Translations under genes and position numbers: made by a program
The notes under the pieces: model-generated
Told to the model about the DNA's origin: nothing
What the model saw: only the letters and a program-made list of their open reading frames with translations
The model's database searches: none
Shown: positions 1-64,000 of the stretch, one piece after another
Numbering within the stretch: the stretch's first letter is position 1
Layout of the letters: every line of letters starts with the position of its first letter
Assembly (NCBI RefSeq): GCF_009914755.1
Contig: NC_060931.1
DNA from: the human T2T-CHM13v2.0 reference genome, Homo sapiens
Direction: 5' to 3' (one strand)
DNA length: 64,000 nucleotides

Positions 1-860
1 TGGTCTATTCTGCCAGGCTGGATAAGGGAAGTGGTTCTGCTTCCAAACTTAATATGTGACAGATAAGGCAATCTAAACCAAAGTCTTCTTGAGCTTGGTC
101 AAACCATATGCTGCCAAGGCTTGAATCCACATAACTGTAACAAGCCATCCCAACTATGCCACAACCCACACACCTCAAAGGCAAGGGAATCCCAGGCAGC
201 AAGGTCCAGGAACAGCCACTCTGGGGAGTCTGCCACCTCTGATATTGCTCCCGTGGCACACACGGTGCCCCATCTGCCTCCAGACCTGCGCTGAAGGAAT
301 GGGGGAAAGGGGCAAACTTTGTAGGTGTGGGTGATCCAGTGGTCACTTGAGGTCTCTCAAACAAGGACTCTGTAGATGATGTTAATGGGCCAAACGGAAT
401 GCACATCTGCCCTTAAGTGTGTTTCTTTTCTTTCTTTTCTTCTTTCTTTCTTTCTTTTTTTTTTTTTTTTGTTGAGACAGGGTCTGGATCTGTTGCCCAG
501 GCTGGAGTGTAGTGGTGCAATCTTGGCTCACTGCAACCTCCACCTACTGGGTTCAAGTAATTCTTCTGCCTCAAGCCTCCCAAGTAGCTGGAACCACAGG
601 CATGTGCCACCACGCCTGGCTAGTTTTTTGTATTTTAGTAGAGACGGGGCTGGTCTGGAACTCCGGGCCTCAAGTGATCCACCCACCTTGGCCTCCCAAA
701 GTGCTGGGATTACAGCTATGAGCCACCGTGGCTAGCCTTGTTTATTTCTAAATGAGGCTTCCTTTGTGTCTCTACATTTCCTTCTACAAAAAAAACTGCC
801 ATGGCACAGGGGCTTATGCCTACAATCCCAGCACTTGGAGAGCCCAAGGCCAGTGGATCA

Positions 861-1713
<853 letters not shown>

Positions 1714-1852
1714 GAGGCAGGAGGATCCCCTGATGCCAAGAGTTAGAGAGCAGCCGGGGCAACAAAGTGAGACCCTGTCTCTACTATCTATCTATCTATT
1801 TTTTAATTATCTGGGCATGGTAGTGCATGCCTGTGGTCTCAGCTACTCCTCA

Positions 1853-2257
<405 letters not shown>

Positions 2258-2551
2258 CTATCAGAAAAAACAACAACAAAAAAAAAACAGTGCCCGCTCG
2301 GTTTTTCCTGAAACGCGCAGCCCTCGCCTGTAGCCAGGAGAAAACTCCGCGAGCCAGGAAAACACAAACTCGGCCAGGAAACAGCCACCCGGGGGTGCCT
2401 GAAGAGGACGCTGCGAGGCGGATTCTTTTTCCGGGCCTGCGGCGAGCGCTTCCGGGGCGGTGGCGACGGAGGCGGAAGTGCGGTGTTTTAGCCGGTGGCT
2501 GCTGTCTCTGGGCGGGCCGTGGGAGGCTCCCGAGGTGGGGGCCGGGGCGGG

Positions 2552-29440
<26,889 letters not shown>

Positions 29441-29702
29441 CGGATGACGGCTCACCGAGAGCATATCTAAAAAACACTCTGCAAACATTTGGTCACATGC
29501 AAGTTAGTGGTCATATGACGGACTGCATTCAGGACAAGGGTAAAGCAATACTTGCTTTGAAGAATCACATTTCGACTCGGTCTGCTGATCTGAGGTTTTT
29601 AGATTTTAAATATTTATGTGGAATTAATTAAAGGTAGTTGGCTATATCGCTATCATTTCATTCTTTTGACATTATGTGAATATTTTACTGGAAAATAAGA
29701 CT

Positions 29703-29708
29703 AATAAA
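29703..29708 (+). terminator. CCZ1 polyadenylation signal AATAAA (a variant ATTAAA also at 29627-29632)
   Basis: Canonical hexamer ~260 nt after the stop, followed by a GT-rich downstream element (TGGTTTGGTGTTG, ~29731). Confidence 0.8.
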
Positions 29709-29794
29709 TTGTTAAAAGTTTTTAAAATTCTGGTTTGGTGTTGAGTCTCTCTCCTGCTGCCTATTTATAGATTACACTGGCCACCAGCTCCGTG

Positions 29795-29973
29795 ACCCAG
29801 GCTGGAATGCAATGGCTCACTGCAGCCTCAACCTCCTGAGCTCAAGCAATCCTCCCACCTCAGCCTCCCAAGAAGCTAGAACCACATGTACACACCACCA
29901 CGGTCGGCTGATGTTTTAATTTTGCAGAGATGGGGGGGTCTCACTATGTTGCCCAGGCTGGTCTCGAACTCCC
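29795..29973 (-). mobile_element. Truncated AluJ-type element between the CCZ1 and RSPH10B 3' ends
   Basis: Antisense Alu motifs on + (CCCAGGCTGGA...CTCAGCCTCCCA...TTGCCCAGGCTGGTCTCGAACTCC). Confidence 0.85.
29915..29920 (-). terminator. Candidate RSPH10B polyadenylation signal ATTAAA, inside an Alu linker
   Basis: First AATAAA/ATTAAA hexamer on the - strand after the stop codon (~200 nt downstream). Confidence 0.6.
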
Positions 29974-30120
29974 GTAATCCAGCCATGTAGGAAACCTGAG
30001 ATGCAGTGGGCCAAGGGGTATGTTAAAACACTGTGACGAGTTCAGTGCTAAGAACTGTAATGCTCAGGAAATCTTACAGCACGTGCCATCCTAAGCCTGT
30101 GTGTGTGTCCTCGTGTCTCT

Positions 30121-62852
<32,732 letters not shown>

Positions 62853-63150
62853 TCATCTTTAAAACTATCAAGCCTCATGACACAAATGCTTTGTCAAATG
62901 TAAGGATATTAACTTGAAAAGTAGAACCTACACAGAGGTCAATGTCATACATAGGCAAGACATGTAAACTGCTATTTTTCTGTTTTGCTATCAAGAAAAT
63001 GGTAAAACTGCTGCACAAAGGGAAATGAGATAATGTCACAAATCAATTGCTCCTTAATAAAGTGCCATATTGGCCAGGCACGGTGGCTCACGTCTGTAAT
63101 CCCAGCACTTTGGGAGGCCGAGGTGGGCGGATCACAAGGTCATGAGTTCA

Positions 63151-63420
<270 letters not shown>

Positions 63421-63800
63421 TCATTCTATCCAGTAACTATTAGTCAATTAAGTACCTAGAGAAATCCTGTCTGTTGCCACCTGGAGTGAACAGTTGCGCC
63501 TTCCATGTAACGGAAGGTCACTCTCTCTTAGGCACCAGATCCACTGTTGTTTTACCCATTTGGACATGCTACTCATTTTACCGCCTCCGAGTATAAGTGA
63601 GCATAGAGTACCCTTTGTTTGATCTACATAGAAAAGCCTCAAAAGGCTTTTTCACAGGTTTATCTGTGTGTGTGAGAGAGAATTTTTCTATCTTCTTTCT
63701 CATGATCAGGCAAACTCATTCCTTCTTGCAGCCATGCAGATGCTGCTGTCTAGAAGTCACCACCCCCAATCCCTCCAATATGTCTCAAGCAATCTGCTGT

Positions 63801-63803
<3 letters not shown>

Positions 63804-63841
<38 letters not shown>

Positions 63842-63858
63842 CAACAACAACAACACAA
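63804..63858 (+). repeat. (AC)n plus (AAC)n compound microsatellite
   Basis: Read directly. Confidence 0.9.
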
Positions 63859-64000
63859 CTCAATAAATAGCCTATTAAAGCATGCATACGGCCAGGCACA
63901 GTGTGGCTCACGCCTGTAATCCCAGCACTTTGGGAGGCTGAGGTGGGTGGATCACTTGGGATCAGGAGTTCAAGACCACCCTGGCCAACATGGCGAAACC

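Noticed and set aside
5-406. 133-aa non-Alu ORF on the - strand
   Set aside because: No recognisable domain, splice structure or poly(A)/TSD of a retrocopy; possibly old ERV-internal or unique DNA. A tBLASTn/Dfam search would be needed.

Overview
Human (or great-ape) Alu-dense genomic DNA that I recognise as the 7p22.1 segmental duplication carrying CCZ1/CCZ1B and RSPH10B/RSPH10B2. The complete 15-exon CCZ1 CDS lies on the + strand (2552-29440). All exons have GT-AG ends with consistent phases and total 1449 nt (482 aa + stop), behind a TATA-less CpG-island promoter with ETS motifs. The last 15 coding exons of the MORN-repeat radial spoke gene RSPH10B lie on the - strand (30121-62837; 679 codons + stop; the 5' part is outside the window). 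The two genes are convergent, with candidate poly(A) signals about 210 bp apart. By eye about half the window is Alu, plus MER51 and MER21 LTRs, MER44, MER58, MER1 and Tigger4 DNA transposons, L1, L2, MIR and microsatellites. Nearly all ORF-track entries are Alu translations. I found no new multi-gene system. The best leads are: an Alu-linker-derived poly(A) signal for RSPH10B; a complex templated-insertion scar at 46.7 kb; an Alu flanked by an anomalous ~55-bp duplication; a hairpin/G-tract rearrangement inside the upstream MER51 LTR; candidate poison exon and tandem donors; and intronic E-box clusters. The paralog (CCZ1 vs CCZ1B) cannot be proven from this sequence alone.
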